DNA of 51,993 nucleotides, counting the filler, from Sphacelaria rigidula (Eukaryota), in the NCBI GenBank assembly GCA_964200075.2. It is 4 parts of 4 records of this genome, joined end to end, with 100 filler letters (N's around TTAATTAATTAA, not from the genome) between each part and the next. Parts side by side here need not be neighbours in the genome. Positions count along the whole stretch, not along the records: positions 13,025 to 25,947 come from CAXNAA020003297.1; positions 26,048 to 38,970 come from CAXNAA020003298.1; 2 more parts are not named here. One strand, given 5' to 3'. The position numbers and the translations under genes were made by a program. The notes under the pieces are model-generated. The model did no database searches, was not told the origin of the DNA, and saw only the letters and a program-made list of their open reading frames with translations. The first letter of the stretch is position 1. Every line of letters starts with the position of its first letter. This document shows positions 22,484 through 35,767 of the stretch, piece by piece.

Positions 22484-25400
22484 CGACACGTGAGGGGCAG
22501 AAGGGGCCGCCGCCCACACACACACAAGTGGTTTCTCTTGAATTTGTGAGGGACCCGTGAACTTTGCACCGTCGTTGCTCGGCCGCCACCTGTGCGATTG
22601 CCCCCAAACCAAGCGCGCCACTGCGTGTGTCTCCGCGTCTACTCATCCTCGCAAAAATCGGGCGCTGAAACGGCCCGCGACCCAGCGGCGTTGCTGCACG
22701 CCTGGCGGGCACACACACTCACACGCGAAAAAAAAACACTTGATTTTTTCGAGCGCGCGCGGTTGCGCTGCCACGTCGCCGCGCTCGCTGCGCGACGCCC
22801 GCGCCTCCGCGGGGCGCGAGACCCGGCGCCCTCCGGCCCGTGTGCCTCGCTCTCCCCGCCCGCGCAAGAAGCGGGAGCCGAAACGGCCCGTGGCGAATTT
22901 TCGAAAATGACAGAGTCGGCAGGAGTTTTGTTTTATAGACGCAGATTGCCCATACACTTGCTCAGTTCTGGTTTTTTATTAAGAACAACCCGCACAGGAG
23001 GTGCATCAATGCTGCGAGAGCTAATCCAAGGACTACGACTGTCTGTTGTAAGGAAGTCTTGTTGAATCTCAGGAGACCAGCTATCCCTGTCACAAACGTG
23101 CGAGGTGAAAGGAATGAAGTACGTGTTTCATCGGCTTCGTAGTCATGTCGTACAAAACGGTGCACGCAGAATAAACGCATTGGTGAACAACTTGAAGAAA
23201 TTGTTTGTGTGGTTCAGCCGAATGGCACCCCTGTACAATACTTCTCGGATAGAACAAGAATCCGCTACTTACTAAAAAATGCACGGCCGAAACAAGAGCT
23301 TGACAAATACGAACACGTGCTTGGCTTGGGGCAGAAAATAAGCAACGAGCCTCGGGCGAAATAATGAGAGTGGTGGCACGTTCTGTATGCAAATTTTCAA
23401 AACGAAGCATGCTCATGGTTCGCGGAATGCCCGCGTGGTACGTGCCTCATTTGATTTCATGTACGGCGTCACCGACCCGCGAACCCGTGAACAACCTCGG
23501 CACAACCACTCACAGGCAATCACCAGTGTACTGCCCTGGAAACCCACGGGATCCTGCCCCACCGTGTGTGCACCGTGCCTGCAGATCGAGTGTGATATCT
23601 GGTGAGAGTCGGGAAGAACCTCCGATGGTACTTCCTGTTGAACTTTTTTGGTGTGACGTTTACGGTTTGGCGTTTTGTTCGCGCACGTCGTCGGTTGCAC
23701 GTGGCGCGCAAACTTCTATTTCGCGAGACAGTTTTGTGCATCCGTTATAGAGCTTTGCGCATGACCTGACAAGCTGTTTTATTTGCCGTTCCGCTGTTTC
23801 TTGGTTCCCGCCGAAGTGGTTCTGCATTTGACCGCCCTGTTTTGTCTTTTCTTTTTTTCCCGATGAAGTCATTTTGCAATTTTCCCCTTGTGCAAAGCAG
23901 CGTGGTTGTTTGCAGGATGCGTTTGGCCCCTGTACTAAGTTGGCGACAGAGCAGCAGCCCCTCGGCAGCGCGTCGTTGAACCGTTCAAGCTAGATGATCG
24001 GGGCCATGCCCTGTCGCGACTCGTGATCGTGTTTCAATATATATGAGAAATTGTGAGGTGGTTTGAAGCAACAATTCCGCAGGATGTCATGTGATCATTC
24101 CAGAACTTGGCCTCCCTGAAACACCGGTACATAATGTCCACCCGCGTGTGATACGCTCTTGTTGGGTGTCCCGTGCACGACACACAGACAAATCAAAATC
24201 ACGCAGGCAGTTTGCTGATTGTACTCAAGAGCAACAAGGGCCAGCTCCATCGCGTGTCACCCGCTTCGAATTGAGCGTGCTTCCAGGTGAAGGTCAAAAG
24301 GCAGACCATCCGACCGTACGCCGAAACTGCACGTATTGCGCATTTGATGAACTTGCGAGACAGGAAGTTATGAGCAACGTTCGTGCATTGCCGCGCTTGG
24401 GCCTTAAGCTGTTTTGATTGCCGTCACTTTTTTGCGTTTCCCTTCGGAGTCGTTTTGCATTTTGGCGCCCACCCCCTCCTTTCCAGCTTAGGTTCATGAT
24501 ATGAGACAGGCGCTACTGTGGCTCTTGAAATCCTTCAACATGGAAGGATATTCCGCTCTGTTCAGGAAACAAGTCAACATGGCATGTCATGATCGTTCCA
24601 GAACTTTGCTTGGCACGAACACTAAGATGAGACAACTGGTACAGCATCATTGGACTTTCGTGGCGTAGTGTCCAGTAGCGTCCAAAAGTCTCTGCGACAT
24701 CAGGTATTTTTTTCTTCATGCTTCATTGCACGATGTAGCCAAACAGTTGCACGACAGATATATCGTGACTGATTTCATCTCTTTTTTCTATCCATCCCAT
24801 CCAATGTTTGTCCGCGTGTGATGCGCTCCTGTTCGATGTCCCGTACGTGGCATTCACAGGCAGCCCACTGCAGCGGCCGGTGTGCCCAATTTATTCAAGA
24901 ACGATAGGGTCCAGCGCAACCACGGTTTTTAGTCGTGAAGATCAAGTGTACTATCAGGTGAAAGTCGGTGAGGACTTCCAATCGCAATTCAAACTTTTGG
25001 TGAGCTTCCGGAACAGCAGATTTGTGGTCGTACAGCACTCAGCGCGCAGCCGACGGATTCGCGAGACAGAAAGTTTCGTGCGTCCCCATTTGCCGTCCTA
25101 CTTTTTTGTCGTTGCTGAAGTCGTTATACATTGTGACGCCCCGTTTCTTTTCGACCGAAGGATTCTTGGAGTTTGCCCCCGATTTGGGCCGTGCGACCTT
25201 GTGTAAAGCCGTGTTGATGTTTGTAGCATATCCTCTGTTCTTGTTTTGAGTTGGTGACAAAGCCGCAGCGCCTCGTGACAGCTCTTCGGATCATATTTCA
25301 ATTTTGGTAACGTGGGCCCAGAGCCCTGTCAATGACTTCACGTAATGTTCCAATATGGGGAAATACTTCACTGTGTTTAGCAACAAGCCCCGTCGTGTCA

Positions 25401-25542
25401 GTAACCGTTTCAGAACGTCATTTGTTGAAAATTCCGGAACATCAGCACTTGACCATTGTGGCATGCAGTGCGGGCGATATATGGTGTCCCCTAATATTTA
25501 CGCGTTCATCGCCCGAATTTGTCCCGTACATGACACACAGAG

Positions 25543-25755
25543 TAGAGGTGGGCACCGGCAGACAAAGAACCGGTTATAACCGGTTCTTGGAAACCCCCAC
25601 AGGCGTTAACCGGTAACGGTAACGAAAGAAAAAACCGAAGGTTTTTTGACCGGGTTAAACCGGTTAACCGAAAACCGGTTTAACCGGGAAAAAGAGGTGT
25701 TATTACGCCGGTTTTACCGGTTTTTCCGGTGAACCGGTTTAATCGGTTCAATTCC
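25543..25755 (+). mobile_element. hAT-like transposon end with AACCGG subterminal repeats
   Basis: Starts TAGAGGTGGGCACCGG, followed by about ten AACCGG/CCGGTT-type motifs in both orientations. The partner end is not in this contig. Confidence 0.55.
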
Positions 25756-25947
25756 GAAGTCGAAAGTTCGATAGCAAAAGCGTGACACACGAGTCGCCAC
25801 ACGCTACACGTCACCACGTCACCCGATCAAGGGAAACTTTTCAAGAGTCAGAATCTGGATTGAGACATGGCAGGACTGTCGATGACAAATCAGCCCGTAA
25901 GCCCATGAGTCACTCTATATTCCAAGCAGTGTTGTTTTTGTGGAAAG

Positions 25948-26047
25948 NNNNNNNNNNNNNNNNNNNNNNNNNNNNNNNNNNNNNNNNNNNNTTAATTAAT
26001 TAANNNNNNNNNNNNNNNNNNNNNNNNNNNNNNNNNNNNNNNNNNNN
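25948..26047. other. Artificial contig spacer
   Basis: N run with TTAATTAATTAA linker. Confidence 0.98.
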
Positions 26048-27269
26048 AACATGGCTCAAACGTCCCAAAAGTGAACAATCCGTGGGCCAAAAATCTGTGT
26101 GCCACAATATCCGGCCTTAACTCATGAAGAAAATAAAAAAAACTTTTGGTACCGCCGTTTTTTTTGTCATGCCCTATGCATTGTCCACACCAAGTTTTAC
26201 GCCCCAACTCTAAATATTGGCCGGCGCATTCGCCTTTAAAAAACCGGGTCGGTGGAAATGCGGAACGGTATTTCGCAGGCCACTCACCGATCCACGTTTG
26301 GTTTTCGTGTATTGAAAACTTGTGTAAGCCCTAACTAGGGCATAATCAACAAAACTCAGTGGGTGAGGTTTTTATATATCAAGTTTTTCACTGGGCGTTC
26401 TAGTATGGTAAAGACCATCTCTTCACGAGAACGCCCCAACCTTGAAAAAAAATGAAGGCGCATTTTTTTTTATTCGGCACACCTTGGTGGTTCTCCATGC
26501 CAAGTTTCAAATCACAATTCTAAAAATTGGTCTAGAACGTTGAGATAAGACCTAAAAGCAATGTTCATTTCTCCTCAAAATTCCACTAAAAACACGAAAA
26601 AAAAATAATAACAAAGAAACGAACAAAAGTCAACAAGCATCTTATTTATTACGCACTAGCGGTTCTCCATACGAAATTTCATAGAATAACTCTCAAAAAC
26701 TGAGACGCGATATCCAGGTTTAGGGCATCTAGTGCCTCTGCTCGTAATATATTGATTTTAGTATGGAAACTAATGTGCGCCATATCTCGAGATAGATAAG
26801 GAATTAGCTGAAGGTGAGGGGTATCTATCGTCTCCCCGTGCTCCAGTGAGGGTCTATACCAAAAATCGTCATCATCCGCTGAATGTATCGTTTGGGGTTT
26901 CATATGGATTTTAGTGTGGACGCTATCTACGTAAGGTACAGGAATCACTAGGCATGGGGTTTAATCAACGAGAAAATATTGGCTCAGATTTTTGAGCGGA
27001 TGGGCACCTTCCCTCTGATTAGACGGTTAATAAGGTATGCGGATCACGGCCGAACTCGTCTATGTCGATGATATATTGCTTTTAGAGCTTAAATCCGTTT
27101 TTAGGCTGGCCCAGCTCGTAGCTGAAGGCGCACTCTGCAGGTTGACCATCGGTGTTTTTGTTACGAAAAGGCTCCTGGTGCTCAAGGGAGTAACTCTCGT
27201 TTCGTTTTCATGACGCCTATTTTCGTTATTGTTACCGCGTCATTTAACATTTATCAAATTAATCGTTAG

Positions 27270-27393
27270 GTGCTAGACTCCACGCTACAAGGGCAAAAAT
27301 ACTCGCAGTCGCAGGTGCAGGAGTGGACGGACGCGATATGCTGTCAAACCGTGACTTCTTGTCGGGGCCTGAGCGGATCGTTCAAATATACCG
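27270..27393 (+). CDS. DYNLT: Tctex-1 family dynein light chain, internal exon
   Basis: TTAG|GTG acceptor. Encodes VLDSTLQGQKYSQSQVQEWTDAICCQTVTSCRGLSGSFKYT, matching the Tctex-1 Y....V..W....FKY pattern. Donor ACCG|GTAAGT is phase 1. Confidence 0.9.
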
Positions 27394-27978
27394 GTAAGTG
27401 TGAGCAAGTGAGCGTCGAGGTTCCGCGGTTCCTTCACGTTATTTCAACACTATTCGATTGACTCGCAAACGATTTGCGAATTGGCAACTTGCAGTTGTTG
27501 TACCTAAGTACGTGCGTCTGATTCGGATTCCGGGTACACTTCGGAGTTCCCCCGTGATGCATCTACTGTAGCGCTATCCTACAAGTAATACGCACGAACG
27601 GTCATGCTCAGTGCCTTTTGCATTTGTGTTACTCTGTACGATTTACGGGTGCAACTTCGCTGCGAATCTCCTGGTAGTGAGATGAAAAGGTTTTTGTACT
27701 TGTAGATACAGCTTGTTTTCTCAAATACATTTATTAATAGCAGAAAACAAACACACCCAAGACAGCGTACCCCGGCACACCTTACTTGCCGCTCCCAGGT
27801 CATCCTAGAAACGTAGTATGTACCTATAAATTTGCAGGCGCAAAGATTCTGTGTTTGTCTAGACTTCCGTGACTGATGTCGTGTGTCAATTGCCTTCCCT
27901 CCCGTTGCTTGTGGTTGGTTTGCTTGCCCTTGCCGTATTGCTTCCCGCGACTGCTCGGATCGCAACAACACGTTGCAG

Positions 27979-28127
27979 CTACCTGTGTGTTGGTGCAGAG
28001 AATGGAGGGGGGTGTAAATGTCGGTTCCGCCGCGTGTTGGGAGCCTTCGAGTGATGGTGTTGTGGTGGAGCGATGGGAGAACCAATCTATTTTGGCGATA
28101 TTAGTATTATTCGCGTGTTCTATTTGA
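27979..28127 (+). CDS. DYNLT: Tctex-1 family dynein light chain, last exon
   Basis: TGCAG|CT acceptor completes the phase-1 codon (G+CT = Ala). Encodes ATCVLVQRMEGGVNVGSAACWEPSSDGVVVERWENQSILAILVLFACSI*, matching the Tctex-1 C-terminus. Confidence 0.9.
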
Positions 28128-29224
28128 CCTGCATGTAGCTCTGTCTACTTTGTGCAAGTGATGCTTATTGCGGGTTTTTGTAGTTTTGTCGTGAACTTTT
28201 CTGTATAAGGTGACTCTTTCTTGTGTGCTATGTCATGATAGAATTGAGCGAGATAGCAAGCGAACCCTTGTGTGAGACCATTCGTTCGTAGATTTGAAAA
28301 TTGTTGGAGCTTTGCTGGTCTGGCTCAAGAAGTCTGTGTACTTCAGTCGTGTAAGTTTACAGTGGTATGGTTGGCCTTCTGATTTCCCATACTTTTTGCT
28401 ACAAGTTTTTGTCTGCTGACGGATCCCCCGAGACTCTGAACAATGGTCTACTGGAGGCGTAGATGGATGACAGTCGGACATGGGCGATTATTATCAGTTA
28501 CTCGATTTTTTTCACCAATTAGCGCCCAGCAGTCTTGCGGCATGGGGATCAATGCTACTGCTTTTGTTATGGTGCTGAAGCCAATGTGCTGGTGGTCGTG
28601 GCTTGTGAACGAAGGTTATGATTCGTGGCGGCGAATGTATAGTAATGGCCTTTTCTACAGAATTTGGCGTCTCCCCCCACCCACAACTTTCAACTATTCC
28701 GAAACGCCGCAATAGTCCGCCCAAGTGACTTCGAACTCGTGACCTCGGCGCGAAAGCGGTTTAAGGAAACGCCGTAGCGAGGTATTGGACGGTAGTGCAC
28801 TCTTCTGGCAGTAAGCTCTTTCCCGCCCAGGTGGCCTCACAACACCTATGGGACATTTTGGGTTCAGGATAATTTTTTTTCAAAAGACAAATACCTGTTT
28901 ACATAAATGTGAATATTGAGCATATGTACAGGAATCAGTGCTGGAAACCCCCCGACGGTTTTGAGCCACATGTAGAGGGCATGCACAGTATGGATCGCTG
29001 AGCCGTTTCCGTGGGGTACACGCCGTCATGCTTTCCTGCAAGTGACGTCGATACCGATATTTTTTCTCGATACGCAGAAAATGACCCGACACGTATCGAT
29101 ACTCGATACTGATACTCGATACGATACGATACGATGCGGCCATTTTGGTAGGAACGCAGCTTGCAAGACCTCACGGTACTACACTGACACACTGGCAACC
29201 CAACCCGGAGTAGGTGCACACCGA

Positions 29225-29311
29225 ACGGTATGAAGGTACAGCCACACCAGTGTGTGACTTATTATCTGACGGTATGAAGGCACAGCCGCACCAGTGTGTG
29301 ACTTATTATCT
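29225..29311. repeat. 44-bp tandem duplication
   Basis: ACGGTATGAAGG(T/C)ACAGCC(A/G)CACCAGTGTGTGACTTATTATCTG occurs twice. Confidence 0.9.
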
Positions 29312-29374
29312 GGCATTATAGAAGTGGTGACACAACACGCGGCGTGGAGGTTAGTTTACACCCGGGAGGGTGAG

Positions 29375-29400
29375 AAACCCTAACCCTAACCCTAACCCCA
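29375..29400. repeat. Short interstitial (CCCTAA)3 telomeric repeat
   Basis: AAACCCTAACCCTAACCCTAACCCC. Confidence 0.85.
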
Positions 29401-29749
29401 ACGAAGACACAGAGAACCCTCGCGCACGGGGGTGCGGAGTGTCCCCTAGGCAAAGTGTGCGTTGCCAGACCTCAAATCGGCGCCCCAAGGTCGATTTCAA
29501 CACAAACGCGTTCTGCGCACGCTAGAAGCACGCATGGAGCACAACCGCACTAAAGATACGGATTTCACTGTCCACGCTAAAATCAAGTCGAAGTAAAAAC
29601 CAACCATAGCACCCTCCCAGGTGGTAAACTATACTGGCAGGGTGATGCTTCGGTTAAACAAAATTGGTTCTTCATCGTGCAAGAGGCAATTCGCAAAAGA
29701 GGTGGTTGATCACAACGCCAGGAGTGATGCGTGATACACACATAGTGTG

Positions 29750-30822
29750 TTGTTCAAGCGGGTGACATCACGTGGAACCCTCTCAACGGCCACTACAATC
29801 TACTCCGCACGGCCCACAACGCGTTGCTCAGGCGCTGCCTTGGATGGCACAAGCGCAATCGCACAGACCACACAATGTCATACCGAGAGGCCCTCGCGAG
29901 GACAGGGTGCGAAAGCATCGAGACGACCGTGAAGAAGAGGAGACTCCATTTCGCCGGCTTCGTCACGCGCATGTCACCCGGACGGATACCGGAACACGTC
30001 ATATTCGGTGAAATTATAGCCGTGAAGGGACAATAAAGAGAGTTGAACGGCAGGCACAAGGACTGGATCCGCTGCCTAGCGGAAGACACGAAGGCGTTCG
30101 GTATCGAATGGCAGAGGTGAAACACCAGAGTCTTGAATGCAGTAGAGTGGCACAGCTGTGTCGAACAGGGTGCAGAAAGGTCTATGGCGGACTGGTGCCA
30201 AAAGGATGACGCAGAAGCAGCGATACGGCACGCGAAAGCTTCAGGCTAAGATGCACCGACAGCACCTGGGACCCACAGTACCAACACCAACTCATCATAG
30301 CCTACGCCAGATACGTAGAGCATTGTGTTTGGTTCCCATCTCTGATTTGTTCATCTTTTGTTTCTGGTGGTTTCTTGTCTGTTTTTGTTTCGTCTGTAGT
30401 GCACCCCCTCGGAAACGAGCCTGGCTCTGTCTTCTTGTTCATGTATTCCTTTCTTTATGTTCTATTCTGTTATTCTTTCTTTTCTTTCATTTCTCTCCCC
30501 CCCCCTTTTTTTTTCTCATCACGAGCTGGAGTGTTGCCATCAGTCACGTAATGCGAGATTATCATCTTGTTTGTGTTTGTGTTTGTGTTCGTTGTTATTT
30601 TGCTGTTATTGCTGTTGTTTTTTGTTTTTGCTGTTGTTGCTGTTGGTGGTGTTGTCTTTGTTGTTATCGCTGCTTACTTTCTTCTTTCCCTTCTGAGGCC
30701 GTTGCTTCTGTCTTTTTCAGTTTCTTTCCTTTTTTTTCTTTCGTTATTCTGTTTTGTTTTTGCTGCTCCTGACCACGGGCTGGATTGTTGCAATCAGCTA
30801 ATGTGAGATAATCAATCAATCA
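29750..30822 (+). mobile_element. 5'-truncated RTE-clade LINE (C-terminus downstream of RT, 3' UTR and CAAT tail)
   Basis: Peptide TWNPLNGHYNLLRTAHNALLRRCLGW...SYREALARTGCESIETTVKKRRLHFAGFVTRM...RIPEHVIFGE...WIRCLAEDTKAFGI..W, with in-frame stops. A T-rich UTR ends in AATCAATCAATC. Confidence 0.85.
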
Positions 30823-33206
30823 TCCAACACGAAAGTATATATTGTGGCCACTTTTCCGTCATGTTTCGATCGAATTCGAGCACTCACCTCGACTCGCGCA
30901 CTGCGCATTGCGAACGCATTCCTCATTATTTGAATAACAAGCGTGCTATACCTCGAAACTACGCGATAATGATGATGCAAATGCGCGTTCGCTTTACTTT
31001 TTCTGTTCTCCATACCAAACGAGGGGAAAAGTCTGCAGCATACGTCCAAATTTTCATTGTTGGCTACACAACGAACTAAAAACTCCAGATACCTAAACGC
31101 CAAAGCAACAAAATTCAAAAGCTTGTAGATGAAAAATGGATATGATAACAGCGGATCCTGAAAAATGGGGGTCGATCTCAAAAATGAGAGTCAAGTGGCA
31201 TATCTTTTTTGCAGGGATGGCGCGAAAGAGTAACAGAGCGAAACCATCTTTCCCCCCCAAACTCTGCAACTATGAATCATCAGTTGTGGCTAAATGCACC
31301 GAACGACGGCCGTGTACACGCGTGTCGATGACGATATCACCAGAGAGAGAAGCAACGACAGAGAGGAAGCTCCTCGCCTGTGTCCTTTGTGTGCCCTCGC
31401 TGGGCGATTACCAATCGCTCGAGAGACTGACATCATGCATGTTACTAGCACGTACCGAATTTCTCATGTGCCGGTAGGTATCTTCGGAGAGATTTCGTCT
31501 CTTTGTCTCTGGAGGTTACCGATGCGAAGATCGATTTCTCTCTGCCTCTCTTTTTGGACAGGATGCGTTTCTGTGCGCTGAAAAACAGGACAATGTTCCC
31601 GTCACCGCTACTTCTGTTTTCTGTCACACGCATGCCAGCAAGGACGGTGCGCTGCGGCAAAAATAGCAGATGATCCAATTTGAACTTGGGGGGTGTTATT
31701 GATCGTTGATTTTACCCGACATCACGTATCTGACCATCCCGACCACAAGAGCCTGCCACAGGCCAGTTGGGGTGTGTGTGTGTGAGAGATCAAAAACTTG
31801 TGGAGACCTTCTTGACATGCGGAGTGAAACAAGATACTTATGGTGGTCACCTAACTGTTGCTAGCGTGGTGCAGAGGGGTGCATCAGCTGCAATCTGGAG
31901 CTTTCGTTGCTCTACTCTTCTGACTTCCGTCTGCGGAGCGTATGCCGAGAGGTCACACACGGTAACGACATGTTTTTATGTACCCAAATTCGGAACAGCT
32001 ACTGTATGAAAACAAAACAGTTCAATTCTCGAAACTACGTCCAGATCATTGAAATGGCTCTTCTTACCCGAGGGAAAGTGTCCGCTTTGGGCCCGCTCAA
32101 ACGTCCCAGGATACTGTCGCACAGCACCACCAAACTTTGCTGGCATTGGCATCCGCCAATGAGTACAGTACGGAATACAAATCGACTGTTGAACGTTCTT
32201 ATTAGAAAGCAACAGGCATAAAATTGTTTGCAGGTAGGAAAACGGGGATTTTCACACACGAGAAACGCTGTGTTCCCCCGTGGGTGTTACATGCACTCCC
32301 AAAAACTCTGTTGTCCTTCTTTCATACCCGACGGGGGGACGGGGAAGCCGTGTGTGAACTATAATGGCTTTTGTTTTCTTTCTGTCTGCTGGTAGTGTTA
32401 CTGGTGCTGCTGCTACTGTACCGTGTCATACACGCAAATGTTTTTCATCAGCAACTAACTACAACGATATAACAACCATCACTGTGCAGTCACTCTCCAC
32501 TGATACGGTCTACTGTACGATGCATCTATATCTGGGTAGTATTCCACAACAGCACTGCTGACACGACAGTGTGCAGCTACCTTGACAGCACAAGGGGGCC
32601 AAGTAGGGCGCAAAGACTACGAACAAGGCAAAATGACCTCCTTTGCTTATGTCACTCTTTGGTTGAGTGGTCGTTATCCAAGGGTCGAATACGGCTGCGC
32701 CGTGAAGTAGGGATCCTGTACGGGAACAATGTGATCAAATGGACAAACGGGTACCATCAAATTGGTCGCTCCCTCCGGTTAAGGATTCCATCCTGGCTTG
32801 TATCTTCCCCAGGGAATGTTCCAAACACGCATGGTTGCTTTTGTAAGCTTCTCGATTGATCTGGGAACAGCCACCCACCTCCTCTCAAAAACCACCACCA
32901 CCCGCTGAGAATCTCTGCATATCCCTAGACTGTCAGCCGGCAAAAGTGTTTCGAGGCAAAGCTCGCGGTCTGACGTTACAATTGGAAACAAACTAACCAT
33001 GCCTATCGTAGCTTTCTGAATATGTTTCTTTGTATCTGGGTGAAATATCTCGTCGTGTGGATCGTGGGCGTGTTACAGCAGGTGGCGAAACAAATTGTTT
33101 CTAGTGTTGATCTAGTACCCATCTCTGGCGGCAGAGTATTTGAGGATAGTTCCTGAACAGCGTTGTCAGAGTTCGCTCGCGGTCGGAAGGATCGCCCTCC
33201 TCGGTT

Positions 33207-33539
33207 CACACGCAGCCATTTGGCTACCCCCCCAAAACCTCCAGGTCGGTAAACTTTTCGAGCATCCAGAGGAATTAAACGCCTCCGGAGGGGTGCGCGG
33301 CCCTCCAGAGGAGATTTTTTGGTTTCCTCCAGAGGGATTAAACACCCCCGGAGGCTTGTTTTTGCCTCTGGAGGGCCGCGCATACCCCCAAATTCCTCCG
33401 GAGGGGTGCGCGGCCCTCCAGGTCGGTAGTGTTTGGTTTCCTTCAGAGGGATTGAAGGCCTCCAGAGGCTTGTTTTGTCTCTCGAGGGCCACGCATCCCT
33501 CCGGAGGCATTTTGGGGGAGAGCCAAATGGCCGCGTGTG
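33207..33539. mobile_element. MITE with TIRs and an internal ~111-bp tandem duplication
   Basis: Ends CACACGCAGCCATTTGGCT and AGCCAAATGGCCGCGTGTG. Internal CCGGAGGGGTGCGCGGCCCTCCAG occurs twice. Confidence 0.8.
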
Positions 33540-34286
33540 CTTCCTTCATCTGTAACCAGCTCCTATGTCGCATTGAGCTGGCCTCCGCTAGACAGCATAG
33601 TTCTATCCCGGTTGTGTGTGTTTTGCACCCAGGTTCTGTGATGAATCGGATCAAACTTCGGCTTTCCATCAGAGCCGCGTGTTTGTTTGGGATAGTATTA
33701 TGAAGACTATTTTGACAGCAGCGCATAATCTGTGGGTGGATGGCGACCGCTGTGCCGACGTTTTTCTACAGAAAGAGCTGGAGTACATATAAAGCCATGG
33801 GGATCATTCGTGCAACGATACCATCGCCCTCCCACATACAAAATCATGCGTGTTCGGTGATACTCTTGGAGGAGAGCGTTACAAGCAGTTCTGCGCACTC
33901 GCCGAACGGAGGAGGATATTCCGGAAGTTTTCGTCTTCGCGTACAGATAAAGGATGACTAATTTTACTCGTGAGTGAATCGCTTTCCCGAAGACAGACTC
34001 TGAAGGGAAACATGTATTCACTGATGACGCGAGAAAAATGCGTTTTTTCCGCCCTTTCCTGACTGTGCTCCGCGTCGTCATTCCGAACAAATGTCAAGAT
34101 ACCCGACTTTTCACGCATTAATGATGACCGTTTGCCGCCTTGCCGCGAAAACCTGTCCTTACTCGAAGATTCTCCCTCTCCGCCATCAACGACAAGCCCC
34201 ATTCATGAGCGGTTGCAGCAAAAAAACAGCGGTCACGAGGCGGGAATATGCCCCTCCCTGTCCCGCTCCCGCCACGTCCTATGGTA

Positions 34287-35628
34287 CTATAATCGTTCCA
34301 ACCGCGGCGACGCCCGAAACACGGCTGAGTATCCCTGTCCTTTATTTCGCGTCACTGTCCCGCCCTCCCTCCCGCTCTTACCAACCGAACTCGCAGGATG
34401 ATCACTCCATCGTAGCGTGGGCGACAGCTCACCACCCCCATGCTCTGCCCTGCTCCACCCGCGTCCGCCTCGGCGATCCATCATTCCGGTGTCAGTTCTG
34501 TCGTGTGGTCCCGTCCCCCTTTCGGCCCCACCCCACACCCCCTTCACCGCAGACGCTGGCACAGGGGCTCGGCAGCATCTTCTGTCGTAGCCCGCATCGC
34601 TGGCGCCGCGGGCGCCGTTGTTAGGAGCGATCCCTACCTTCGCGGATGACTTCTGATTCCGCAAGCCGAGAGTATCGGCCTGAGACGCCGCGCGTGCTAG
34701 TTCACGGCGGCTTGATGGTGCACCTCCCGTTGTCTCCATGGGATCGTGGATGGTTGATGATCGCCCTGGTTGCCTCCCTGCAGCGCCATTGTTGTTGTTG
34801 CTCTTGCTTCCCACGTTGCCGCTCCCTCTTTCTCGGTCGCCCCCGTTGCGGATGCCTCGTCGGTACATCCGACTATTGCTGGCGCCGGGGGGATGGTGAT
34901 GATCGTCCGCATCGGTAGCGTACGGGGTGCCGCGACGCTCAGTTACCTGGATCGGGTGGCGCGAGTAGTTGTGCCTAAAAGCGTATTGCCGCTCAGAAAA
35001 TCTCGACAAAGAGTGGTGGGTTTTTCCGTGACTGTCTGGATCTCCGCTTGCTGATCTTCTCGACATCGCTGACGTCGTTCCCATACCAGCGATTGTTGAT
35101 GGCTCCCGTTTGTTGTTACTACGAGCAGCAACCGACGTCGCTGTTCTATCGCTCATACCGAGCCAGCAATCATGCCGCAGCAAGTCTTGCACCGATGACC
35201 GTGCCCAATCGCCGTACCTCCTCTCGGCGCCCAGACTGAGAGATCTTGACCGCCGTCCCGCCACTGCATCGAGTCCGGCATTTTCCGCACCGCCCAGGCT
35301 ACGTCGGCCGCCGCCAGCGCTTCGGGAAGCGCTCCGGCTTCTTGACACCTCACATACCATGCGCTCGGAACCGAATCCCAAATCGTTGTCCCTTGGTGTG
35401 CTGCTGCGGCCTCGCCGGTTCCTGTCCCGTAAGGTGGTGATGAGCCCGTCGATCCAACCGGCGTCATTACTGGATGATGGGACAGGTGCCTTCCCGCCGC
35501 TGCCGTTGCCACTAGTGCCTCCAGCACCGTTGTCGCCGGCGACGTTTTGGTCAGTCCAACCGTTGGATGGGCCGCTCGCGGTCGCGACAGGCGCATCGCA
35601 CGCCGATGTAGACAGGGAACGAGGCGTT
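34287..35628 (-). CDS. Large Ser/Arg/Gly-rich 3' exon of the EF-hand protein gene (3' end uncertain)
   Basis: ORF 34287-35381 extends upstream in frame to CACAAAAG|A at 35629/35628 (phase 2), with branch-like CTAAA upstream. An alternative internal donor is possible at AAG|GTAGGG near 34638. Confidence 0.6.
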
Positions 35629-35767
35629 CTTTTGTGTGTCGTTTAGTAGTGGTGGAGCCGTGGGACGAACGCCAGAGCAGGTACCATGAATGGAATGAGG
35701 CAGCGGCAGACAGAGGACCGGCGGGTTGTAGGGGCACGTTGAGTTTACTTGTGATAAAATCAACAAC

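Noticed and set aside
23090-23416. RICQALVSAVHFL resembling kinase subdomain VIa
   Set aside because: No HRD or DFG motifs follow.
30158-30806. Hydrophobic Cys/Phe-rich ORFs
   Set aside because: Translations of the T/G-rich LINE 3' UTR.
33003-33726. Overlapping 126-187 aa ORFs
   Set aside because: They arise from the GC-rich MITE and its internal duplication.
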